Shown here one piece after another: positions 1-12,161 of a DNA stretch of 64,000 nt (position 1 is its first letter; every line of letters begins with the position of its first letter). The notes beneath the pieces were generated by a model. That model saw nothing but the letters and a program-made list of their open reading frames with translations. It was not told the DNA's origin and made no database searches. The stretch lies in assembly GCF_009914755.1 (NCBI RefSeq), contig NC_060934.1. The stretch is one strand, 5' to 3'. This DNA is from the human T2T-CHM13v2.0 reference genome, Homo sapiens. The translations under genes and the position numbers were made by a program.

Positions 1-199
1 CTTGTCTCAAAGCCCCTCCGCCTCTCCAGTGCTGGTCATGGTCTCCTTACCAATGCCCCTTCTCCATGTTTATTTCAGCAACTGTAACTCAGTCCAAAGC
101 ATCTTCCTCTCTACCTTTAGAGCTTGTGGAGACATTCGTAAAAGAAACAGAGGCATTTGCTCGTGCGGAAAAATGGATTTTGAGTGGCTCCTCTATACC

Positions 200-1400
200 A
201 GGCAGAGCGATATGATGGTACCGGAGCTACTGTGGTGAGCAAGGCAGTTGTGGAGTTTTAATGCAACGCAAGCAATTTTAAGGTGGTGTAATAAATGCTG
301 TGATGGAGGCAGTGCAGAATGTGGGCTCTGGGAGCCCACAGAAGGGGCACCCAACCCAGGTTCAGGGAATTAGGGAGGGCTTTCCAGAGGAGGTGATAAA
401 CAAGTTGGGACTGAAACATGCATAGGAGTTGGCCTGCGTGTCCACTGCACCTAGAACACAGAACATGCCTGATATATAGTAGGTGCACGGTCATTATTAG
501 TGGAATGAATGAATGGGGAAGAATGTTCCAGACAGACAGAACAGCATGAGCAAAGATCCACAGGTACCAGATTCAGGCAGTGGAGGAGCTGGGAACTAGG
601 ACACAGGTGCATCGCCCTTCCTGTCACACCTCCTGACATGAAGATGGGCACTCTGCCTTCACAGATGCCTTCAGACTCTCTAGGTGCCTGTCAGTGTGCC
701 TCCACTTCCCAGCAGGGGCTAGGACACAGTGCTCGGTGAATATTTGTTGAATGAATGAGAGGGAGAGACTTCAGAGCTGGTATTTCCCAGCCATCTCATT
801 AAATAGGCAGATGAGGGGCAGGTCAAGAGACGGGTGGCCAGGGTGTCATTCATTCAACAGTGATGTTTTTCAGTACCTGTTTAATACAGGGCACTGGGCC
901 GGGCCCTGGGGACACAGTGGAGAGCAGACTTGGGCATGGACCCACCCCAAGGAGCTTACAGTCTAGTGGGGAGTCAGATGGTGACCAGAGAGTCACCTAA
1001 TGTCAGTGGGATTGGAGACCCAGAGAATAGCCAGGTAACTCTGAGCAAATACAGCCAAGGACCCGATCCAGACTGGGGGTCAGAGAAGCCTCTGGAGGAA
1101 ACAGGCCTGGGTGAGATGTGAAGGCTGAATAGGCAAGAGTTGGGGGTGAAGATGAGGAAAGGATTCTAGCAGACGGATGGCACAGGCAGCGGCTGGAGGC
1201 AGCGCAACACCCAGTTCATCTGAGGAAGTGCAAGGCCAGAGGGCTGGAGGGAGGCGAGGAGTCAGTGAAGCCGAGAAGGGCAACCAGGCAGGCCAGGCGG
1301 CGCAGGTGTGGAAGGGCTTCTGTGGTGTTTATCTGGAGGTCAGCAGGAAGCCACTGTGGAGTTACTGGAGGACTGGAATAGGGTTGTGGCGACACGCCCA
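200..1400. mobile_element. Cluster of degraded L2 LINE fragments
   Basis: L2 3'-end hallmarks: gaatgaatgaatg (502-514), aatatttgttgaatgaatg (739-757), cattcattcaacag...tcagtacctg (847-880). Boundaries approximate. Confidence 0.55.
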
Positions 1401-4139
1401 GATATGTATTTCAGGGCATTCATAGCGCCACGGGGGAGTCCACATTGCAGGGCCAGAGAGGCTGTGGAGCCCAGTGAGCCGGTCCCCGCAGGGGTGGTGG
1501 TGGGTGGGAGGGACAGGAGCAAACTGCTCCTGGAGGCAGAATTGCAAGGAAGAGTCTGGTTTCTGGCTCAGTGGTGGGTGCAGAGGGAATGTATTGACAT
1601 TCATGGAGCCGGGGACACAGTTTCCAGAGTTTGTTCTTAGGCGTGCTGAATCTATGCCGTCTTTGAGACTCCTGCAGAGGCATCAAGTGGACGGTGGCTT
1701 GTTTGGGACCCAGAGAGGCCTCCATGGAGATGGGAGTGTCTCAACTGCTGTGGCCAGGGCTAAGCAGCCACTTGGCGTGCTTGACTCCAGCCGGGAACAG
1801 GAGCCGGAAGAGAGGCCCCGTGGGGTAGGGTCAGTCGGAGGCTGGCCGCTGCTCCTCCAGCCTGCCTGGAGCCTGTCAGCTGCGTGGTGACGGAATGCAT
1901 TTCTCTGCACCGGAATAGATTTGGGCTCAGCAGTTGGCTCTAAGTGCTTTTTGCCCTGACGTTCAGAAATGAGCACTGGGGCAGCGGGAGGGCTGGGATT
2001 GGGGAGGGAGCCCAGGGGACAGGGCCACAGCCTGCGGGGGCCTGCTGCACGCCTGAGTAAATACGTGTTTGCCACATCACACGCAGTCATGCGGGGTGGA
2101 GACAGAGAGGGGAGAGTGTCTTTGTGTATGTGTGTGCGTGGTGGAGGGGGGTGATGGCATATGGACTTGAGCTCCTAATCCAGTGGCCTCAGAGTACAGG
2201 AATATCTCGAGGTCCAGGAGGGGTGCACAGAGCCTGACAGCTGCCTCCACCGAATACGTCTTCTTTATCTTCATGTAGATCTTGGTCAGAGGCACCAGCT
2301 CTCCTCCAAGTGGAAGGGATTAGGGGACAGGAGAAGCAACATCAGAGGTGGGCTGGGAAGAGGTAATGTAGAGCCCCAACTTGGGGAACCAGGAGGAAAA
2401 CACAGTCCCATGTGCATGTGCAGCCTCCCTGCAGGTCTCTGGGTGTGTGATGCCAAACCTTGCCAAGGGGGGCACTGTGTACACACAGAGACAGAGGGAA
2501 AAAGGAAGTAGTACAGTCCTCAGGGTAGTACTTAGTGGTTGTCATTTTATCTTTTAGGGGAACAACTTTGGTATAATAAAGACTTCATTTAAGATCAGTG
2601 TTGAGCTGCCTCCTTTATTAGACTGCAAAGCCTGTCCCCATGAAGAAGCCACTGGCTTTGCCATACTTAGGCAAAGCCTTCCAGAGAGTTCTTGAAAAAC
2701 CAGCTCTGAGCCTGACTAGGCCTCTATCTTGGTTCAAGAGAAATGACTTCCTGCCTGCAATCACCATAACCGATAGCTCATGAGACAGAGACAGTAAATA
2801 ATTGTTCCACAAGTTTCAAGAGCAAGCGTAATTAGTACAGTTAACAGTGTTAGGTGATTAATTGGTTCATTCAGCACCATTGTGAATGAGGCAGAGCGTA
2901 AGCAGGGGAGGGGCCAGAGCCCCCAGACACCCAAATGTGGATATGGCCCACTACTGATCAGCCAGGATCTGACCCCTGAAACAGCAGCCAACAGCTAAAA
3001 GGCATTCACCTCCAAGAGCTGGGGCTCCTTGGGCCAGAGCAGAGGGCAGGTCACTGGGCAGGGCCCACAGAGTTTGTCCCATTAGTGGACATTCAGGGCT
3101 GGAAAGAACTGGATTTGGCTTCCATATTGTTTCACCTGTTTGCCAAAGGTCAGAAAGCTGTTGTAAGTGAATGATAAGACTGACCGATTAGCCCATATAG
3201 GAGGGGAGGGGGCACGGATGCATAGAGTCCCAGCCTGTGGGGTTGGAGGGACTCCAGAGAGGGGTCATCTACTGGATCTCTTGACCACTGAGCTGAACTG
3301 CTCTGGGGCATCCCTGTCAGAGGAGACTGGGCTCTATTTTAAAGTCCTCCAGGGAAAGATGCTCTAAACAGGGGTAACAAGCAGCAATTCAAATCATGTG
3401 CCAACTCCAGGCCTTCGATGGAAGCTGCTTATCAGCATGTTGGGTAGAGAATCCCGAGGCTCAGTCTGGGAAGAGCACTGTGCTTGACTGGCACTGCCTG
3501 CCCTGAGTGCAGAACAGAGGAGAGGCAGCCTGCGGGCCATTTTCAGATCAAAATCCACCTGGGTCACTCAGGCGGGTTTTACACTTTTCTCCAAGGTAGT
3601 TTCTTGGGGCCTCACTTACTGCCCCAGAGAAGCGAAAACGGTCTTGACTGCAACTTCAAGGCACTAGAGGGTGTGAGAGATGATCAGGAAGGCAGCTGCA
3701 GACCCAGCTTGTGGGGCGGGGTCGGGGAGGTTCCTTTCTTGACCTTGTGGGACTACAAGGTCCCACAGACCTTGAAGCACAGAGCAGGGTGGAGAGTTGG
3801 GACCAGCCTGCTGGGTTTATCTAGCTATCCCTGCCTCCGCCAGGATATTAACGGGCTTCCCGCAGATGGAAACTTCTCTTTGGAAACAGGGTATTGGGAG
3901 CTTTAGATTAAGGCAGAGCTGAGTCCCAAGACTGGCCCTCCTCTCAGGAGCTAGGAATAAGGCCTTGAGCTCTCTACACCTGTTTCTCCTCCTTTACAAT
4001 GGGGATAAAGCCTCAGGGACTGTTGTGAGGGCTGAAGAGGAGAAAGTACGTAAAACTTCTAGTACAGCCTTGGTCATGGGACATATGAATTCTCCCACAG
4101 ATGTTCTGAGGTTTGGGGTGACACATTAAGACCAGACTG

Positions 4140-4473
4140 ACTATTCCAGTGACTTGGCAGGCTGAGGAGTCGGGGATCGCTTGAGGCCAAGAGTTTGAGA
4201 CCAGCCTGGGCAACATATCAAGAGCCCATCTCTGTAAAATTAAAATAAACATAAGTGAGCTAGATGTAGTAGTGTGCACCTGCAGTCCCAGCTACTTGGG
4301 AGACTGACACATGGGAGGATTACTTAAGCCCAGGAATTTCAGGCTGCAGTAAGCTGTGATCGTGCCACTGCACTTTACCCTGGGCAACAGAGTGAGACCC
4401 TGTCTCAAAAAAAAAAAAAAAAAAAGAAAAAGAAAAAGAAAGAAAGAAAGAAAAGGAAAAGAGAAAGAAAAAA
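4140..4473 (+). mobile_element. AluJ-type dimer (5' eroded) with A/GAAA tail
   Basis: ggatcgcttgaggccaagagtttgagaccagcctgggcaaca; right arm ends gagaccctgtctc followed by a long A run and (GAAA)n. Confidence 0.9.
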
Positions 4474-5929
4474 GACAAGGCTGCCTGTGGGAAACGTGTT
4501 GAGAATGAACAGCTGCTTCAGGCCCAAGTCCACCCCAGGGCCCCAGTGCTGTTACTCTTTCCCCCACCGTCCCATCCTCAAGGCCACTGAGTGTACACCA
4601 GGCATGCTGGATTTGCAGGTGTGGGGGCAGCATCAATTATGCTGCTGACACGGGGCTTGCTAAGCCTGGGGGAAGCTCTGGGAAGAGAAAGAGGAGTGTC
4701 CTGGGGTGGGTGGAGGAGGGAAGGAAAAGCAGATGTAGAAAAGTCTGGAAGATGCTTCCCCTCCACCACCAGAGCCAGCCCCCACCGGCTGCCTCCCCTA
4801 GCCAAAAGGCAAGGCTTCCTCGCAGCAGAAAACATATACACATATTTGCAAGCTACAGTACAAACGAGCGGCAAACCTAATGATTCGTGATTATTATTTG
4901 AAGGGTCCCACTGTTACAGATTTATTTGTCATTTCTTGTAATAACACCGACAGTAATGAATTCGTTTGTATTAATGTGAGTGTCACGAGGACTTCCGTCG
5001 AAATTCCGCATTAATTAACGTACCATTAAAACAAAGTGTCGCCCAATTAATATCTAACAGAGGTAAGGCTGCCAGGGTCCTCTTCATCTGGGTTTCATTT
5101 GTAATTCATGGTATTAGCATCCTGCTTAATGAACGTCATTTGCAATTCCTACCGCTGGTCTCTCCCACTTCCTGGGGGAAGGTCAGGGTGCCCTAGGAGC
5201 TGTTGGGCCCTTCACTGGGCACCCCCGGGGCCAGGAGGAGAAGGAGGGAGGGGTGGGACTCTGTTTCTAGGTGGAAATCGAGTCTCCGCATTCTTCATTC
5301 CAGAAGGGGCTTGGAAGGCCCTTGGAACTTCCTGATCGGTTGGTTATCCACTTCAGTTACCCAGAAGATACCTTCTTGAGGTTCTGGTAGGGAAGAGAAG
5401 GCTAGTTTGTTTCTTGGTCAAGCCTGATCTTAACAGATGAGACCATGGCCATCCTAGGAAAGCCTTCCAGCAGGGAGCACCCAGGATTCTGGTTTCCCTC
5501 TTTTCTTAGTGTCAGCCTGGTGGTCTTCTCATGGTCTTTGTGTGACATGAGAAGACTATCAGACTGACCCCAAGGACCCTCAGGACCTCTAGCTGTCCCT
5601 GAAGCCAGCAGTGGAGCCCAGTGGGCCTTGGTCTCCGAGACACAATAGACCAAGGAATTGGACCCTCTGCCCTGTTCCTCCCACAACCCCTGCGGCAGGG
5701 CCCACCTCCCCCAGCAGGGACAGAGGCACCATCATCCAGCCTTTAGAGCTCTCAGGACCCCATCCTGGGACAGCTCCTGAAGACAACATAGCCGGGCACC
5801 CTCCCCTCTCAGGGAATGCTCCTCAGGTGAGTGGACCTCCTTGGGCTGTCCCCGCCCAAGTATAAGAACCTGAGGCTGCCACTGGCAATAATGAAGTTTC
5901 CTGCAGTGATGGCTACTACCGCTATGACT

Positions 5930-6075
5930 GTGGGCCAGGCCTCAGGCTGTGTGTCTCAGAATCATTACTGCTAGGCCCACAGATGCAGGAGGAAGGTGTT
6001 ATTGCCCCCATTTTACAGATGAGAAAACTGAGGCTCAGAGAGCTTCAGTACTTTTCACACAGAGGTGGAAGAGGG
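5930..6075 (-). mobile_element. MIR SINE fragment
   Basis: Core cccattttacagatgagaaaactgaggctcagagag. Confidence 0.75.
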
Positions 6076-6879
6076 GAACAAGACAGGTGTCTGGGTTGTC
6101 ACATTGATGTCTCTGTGTCCTCCCATCCTTTCCAGCTAGTGATCCACATGAGAGCTGGAGGGACAGGGCAACAGGGGGCCAGGCCTCTGGCGTCCTGGCT
6201 TATAGTGCCCCTGACTCTCAGAAAGTCCTTCCTTCACTGGTCGCCCACATGCAGGGACTGTGCCCTGCAGTCCTGGCACATGGCAGGTGCCCATAGCCAG
6301 CCGTGGGGCGTTTTAACCTGTGCTTCATCTGCATGAGAGTGTCATATATCTCACTGGAGAGTGAGGCTCAGAAAAAAAACAGGAAAGGGAGGGAGAAATG
6401 CTTTCATTGATTTTTGCTTCAGAACATGCTGCCTTTCTATATTCCAAGGATGGTCCCAGAGCAAAGGGGCTGGCTTGGAACTAGAGTGCCTTGGATTTGA
6501 GGAAGGACTCACAACTGAGCAGGAAGGGAGTGCGGAGTGATGTGGTTCTGCCCCCTCATTGGATGGACAAGGACCGGAAAGCCAAAAAGCTTTGATTCTT
6601 GTCCAGAATCACACAGGGGACCCTGGTCCAGGGTCTTCTGTCCCCCATCCAGGGCTCTTTCTTCCACCCCATGCTGCTTCCCTCGAGGTTAAGAATGCTG
6701 TGTGTTTGGGAAGCCACCTTGCATCCATGTTTGGACAAGGTAGGGGACGTCAGGGAGTCAGCACTAACATGGGCACCTGCAGGCAGAACTCACTGCAGAA
6801 ACCGTCTGTGTGACCACCATCCAGTCCCCCCACTCCCAGCTTCAGCTTTTTCATCTGTAAGACAGGGTTCCTGGGCTAG

Positions 6880-7020
6880 GGCAGTGCTTCCCCACCTTGG
6901 CTGTACATGAGAACTTGATGGGAATTTAAAGATACAGAGTCAGGGACTGGGCGCCAGCCTGCTATTTTTTAAAAGCTCCCCAGGTGATTCTAATATGCAG
7001 CCAGGGGTGTGAACCATTGG
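6880..7020. mobile_element. MER5-family hAT-Charlie fossil
   Basis: aaaagctccccaggtgattctaatatgcagccagggg...gaaccattg terminus typical of MER5. Confidence 0.7.
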
Positions 7021-7930
7021 AATAGACATTGGAATAGGATCATTCGGTCCTTCTTCACTGATTGAAGCTTAAGCCATTCCTCCAAGGTCCCCAGAGCCCA
7101 GTGACTCTGCAACTGCCCTCTCCCTGCCTGGGTCCAGCTCCCCGCAATCTCCTCAAACCCCCCGGCCCTCACCACCCCTCAGCTCCTCTGCAGCCCCGTT
7201 CGAACCTTCCCCAGCTCTGTCTGCCCCTAAGCCCCAGGGCACCAAGTGACAGGTTCCACTTATCACATCACACCGCCTGAAGGGCCGGCAGCAGTAGCCT
7301 CAGGATTGGAGAGGCAGAAACCACACCAGGCCTACCCCACCACACTCATACCTGCCCAGGCCTCTGCTGCCCCCTTCACCCACTCCTTCAGAATGTACAC
7401 TCACCCAGGCTTGGGACAGAGGGACAGGGGTGGGAGGAGTCCGAGGGGCAGGGGAGGAGAGACAGCAGGAGAGCTGCGTTGCTGGAGCTGTCTTCTTATT
7501 CAGAATCCATTTGTTAGGCACCGCTTCCCATAGATGTAAGGCCCGCCCTGAGGAGATTTGCATATTCATTTTGTTTAACATGATTCATCATCATGCAAAG
7601 GAATGAATTTGGGGGCTGGGAGATGGAGCCCCATTTGTGAGCAATAGATCTGGGTACAAAGAGCTCAGGGCAGTGTTAGAGGCTTTTGCACACCCAGAGT
7701 GGTCCCCTTTGGGATGGAGGTGGGAGACATATGATCCCCAGAGGGTTCCCTGGGAGTTTTATCTCTGCTAAGGGCAAAGCAGGGACCTCAGCCTTTAGAA
7801 CCTTCCCCTCCCCTTCCAGACCTTCCCACCATAAGTAACATCTGCAAAGCACTTTGCAGTTTACTGACCCTTGTCTATACACATTTCCACCTTAACCCTT
7901 ACACAGCCCCGTGAGGTAATAGCATTATGA

Positions 7931-8311
<381 letters not shown>

Positions 8312-9215
8312 AGTCTTTTTCTTATTTAAAAAAAATTCCAGGAGACTCCTTGCGTCTCTCAGTCACCACTTTTCAGAATCTACCAAGTCTCAAGGTTACT
8401 GTATGCCTCCAGCCCCTGCAGCCCTGGGTTCAGAGACAGTGCCCTGGAACCGTGATGGCCCAGCTTCTGGACTACAGGCTAGCTTTTTAGACAGGACTCT
8501 TCTTATAGATCACATCGTATCATTCCCTGGATTTTTCTCTTGGAGTTTTCTGCCTCTGCAGAAAGTTGTGAGAATTTTTTTTTTTGGCCTTTGATTTTTC
8601 AAAATATGTTTCCATAGTTAACTCATTTTATCTCCACCCCAGCTCTCTATAGAAGATAGTATAGGGATTACTATACCCATTTCCTGGATGGAAACACTGA
8701 GGCATCAGATGTTTATGTTGACATTGCATAGCAACAGAGAAGGAAGTGGGAAGTTATTGGAGAGCAGCTGGACTGTGACCCAGAGTCTGGGACAGTTGTT
8801 TCTGGGACTTTCCTAATCAGGCCAGTGTGCATGGAGAGGAATACAGGCACCACACGGATCCTTCCTGGTCTCCAGAAGCTTGTTTCCAAGTCCCTACTTG
8901 AGGGCACGGGGGTATGAGGCTTCCAGCAGCCAATCAGACCAATCACTCTGGCTAGGGAGGGGTATGAGATTATGACTCTAAATAGCTAAGAACTGGATTT
9001 CCCAACTCATACCTTTATTCTTGGTTTCCTCCCATTTCATGGAGAGGAAAACAGAAGCCCAGCCCACGAGGGAGGGGGTGGTACCTGGTACATGCTGCCT
9101 GGTGTTGAAAGCAGATGTCCTGGGCGCTGGGGCCAGGGTGGGTATCAGGGCTGCACCGTCACCACGGCCCTCCCTGTTCCCTTTTTCTTTGCGCACAGCC
9201 CTTAGCCCACTGCTG

Positions 9216-9329
9216 GGAATGGAAATAGCATTCTTTATAACGTGAAATTATTTCTTCCTTAGTGTTTCAGCCTATAGTGTCACTGTTATGAACTTTGGTG
9301 CCACTTTGACTCTTGATCCTTTGTATGTG
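9216..9329 (+). repeat. 114-bp direct duplicate of 11519-11632
   Basis: Ungapped manual alignment, 107/114 identical. Confidence 0.95.
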
Positions 9330-10162
9330 GGCCAGCCGTCCGTCCCTGATGCATGATACCCTCTGCTGCCACGTGCTCTCTCCCTCTGCTCCTGCTGGTC
9401 TGCAAGTGAGAAGATGCAGGGGGAGCCTGGAGGAGGCAGGTGCAGGGACGGCCCTGGAATATTGTCAGTGATGGCAGGTGGCACTGGGGGATCTCCAAAT
9501 TCTACTGTCATTCTTTCTACAGGAAGGTCACTCAGTTGGAGTCAAGGGTAAGGAAACTTGCCTTGGAGCTCCTTAGTCTCTGAATAGGAAGGAGCTGGGG
9601 CTGTTTCATGCTTGGGTATCACACTTGGCCTTGAAAGTCAAGCTCCTGAGAAGAAGGGAGGGAGGCCCCAGATGTCCCTCTGATGAGACTCCACCTAGCT
9701 CTGCATGTCCAGCATGTGTGCATGGGGTGAGGGAGAGGGTGTCTTGCCCCAGACCCAGGCATGTGTGCTAGAAACCTGGGTGGAGCCAACAGCCTCTTCT
9801 AAGAAGGGAGGGAGTGTCAGTCATTGGGTGGTGATGTCTGACGTCTGCTCTCTAGGGGAAATATCCAAAGGAAGGCAGGTCAAAAAGACAGAGGCACCAT
9901 GAGCACAGGCCTGGAAGGGGACCACACTTTGGGGCTGGCACATAGAATAGCTGAACTGAAATCGAGGACCTCAGTGGAGCAGTAGTGAAAGAAGAGTTTA
10001 AAGAGAGAAAGTTTGTTGAGACTATCGTGATGGTCAAGGCTTGGGAGACTTTGCCTTGGAGCAGATGATGGTGATTTGGGGGGAAATGAGATGCTGGATG
10101 AGTGCTTTAAGGCAGGGACTTTCAGGATCCATTGCAGGGGGCAGAGTTGAAAGGGAGGAGGC

Positions 10163-10468
<306 letters not shown>

Positions 10469-10797
10469 TCAGTGGTGCAGCCATAGGGAAAAACTGTTTT
10501 TAATTTTGATATTAACCTTTATCAAAGTAATATATGTATGAATTTAAAAGTCAAATAGTACAGCTCAGCTTATAATAAAAGCAGCAGACCCTGATTCATT
10601 CTTTACCACTCCTGCTTCCCACCCATAGAGAACCTCATTCAATTTCTGATATTTACTTCCTTATTTCTAAATCACATGCCTATACATTGTTTTAGTTTTG
10701 AATATTATCTATTGATTTTTCACCTATGAAGGATGAGAATTTCACTTTTACACCATCCTCTACCTTATCTTTGCTATACACACACACTGGAGCATGC

Positions 10798-10938
10798 ACC
10801 CTACTCTTAACATTCACTGAACCCTACTCTTAACATATATACACCCTACACAAACATCCTACTCATAACTTTCACTATGTCCTACTCTTAACATACATAC
10901 ACCCTACATAAACACCCTTCTCTTAACATTCACTATCC
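10798..10938 (+). repeat. Compound tandem repeat (CCTACTCTTAACAT core, ~57-bp higher-order period)
   Basis: Five cores alternately followed by TCACT or ATATACACCCTACACAAAC-like tails. Confidence 0.85.
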
Positions 10939-11839
10939 ATCCTCCAAACTTAATTATATTTCTCTTTTTAGCTAAAACAGCATTTAGTGTACACAGTATT
11001 ATGATTATGTAAATGTTATTCACAGCTGAGCCACATAATATACTGTAATTATATTTCCTCTTTTATTTTCTCTAGAATTAGTAATCACTTCTTTTTTTGT
11101 TTGTTTCTTAGTGTTCCTTAATGCTTGATGTAGGGAGCCTCTCAGCATATTCAAAGTATATTGAGTTTTTAAAATTTGATTTTCATTTTTCTTAACAACA
11201 TTCTCCCTGGAGTGTCCACCCTCCTGTCTCAACATGGGCCAGCTGTGCTCTGACTTGTGTGGTGTTCTGGAGGCTTGATGTGGGGTGGGCATTGGAGAGG
11301 AAAAGAGGGTCACTCTGAGGAATCTGTTATCTCTCTTCTCTATTGGATCCCTTTTCATGAATGTCATATTTTCCTGTTTCTTGGTTTACAGTTTCTTGAA
11401 GTACACTCTTCAGTAATTTTCAGAAAAAAGTGTTCATGGGAATTTTTTTCACTTCATCTGAACAATGCGTTCATGCTATGCTTTTGTTTGTTGATAGTTT
11501 GGCTGTGTATAGAATTCTGGAATGGAAATAGTGTTCTTTATAATGTGAGCTTATTTCTTCCTTAGTGTTTCAGCCTATAGTGTCACTGTTATGAAATTTG
11601 GTGCCACTTTGACTCTTGATCCTTTGTATATGACCTTTTGTTTTCTCTCTGAAAGTCTCAGGATTTTTTAAAAATAATCAACGTTTTTGAAACTTCATGG
11701 TTTTATGCCTCAGTATGAGTCTTTCTTCTGAACACATACTGGTCTCTTTCAATCTGGAAACAGGTCCTTCAGATCTGGGAGATTTTCTTATGTTACTTTT
11801 TGGATGATTTCTTCCTCTTCATTTACTCTTTTTTTTAAC

Positions 11840-12161
<322 letters not shown>

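Noticed and set aside
2459-2477. CTCF-like GCCAAGGGGGGCAC
   Set aside because: Core AG register does not fit the consensus; weak match.
8928-8946. Tandem CCAAT boxes as an internal promoter
   Set aside because: 9-bp spacing is too close for two NF-Y complexes; no CpG island or TATA context.
10798-10938. Repeat-spacer look-alike (CRISPR)
   Set aside because: Eukaryotic intron, spacers are themselves repeated, no cas genes.
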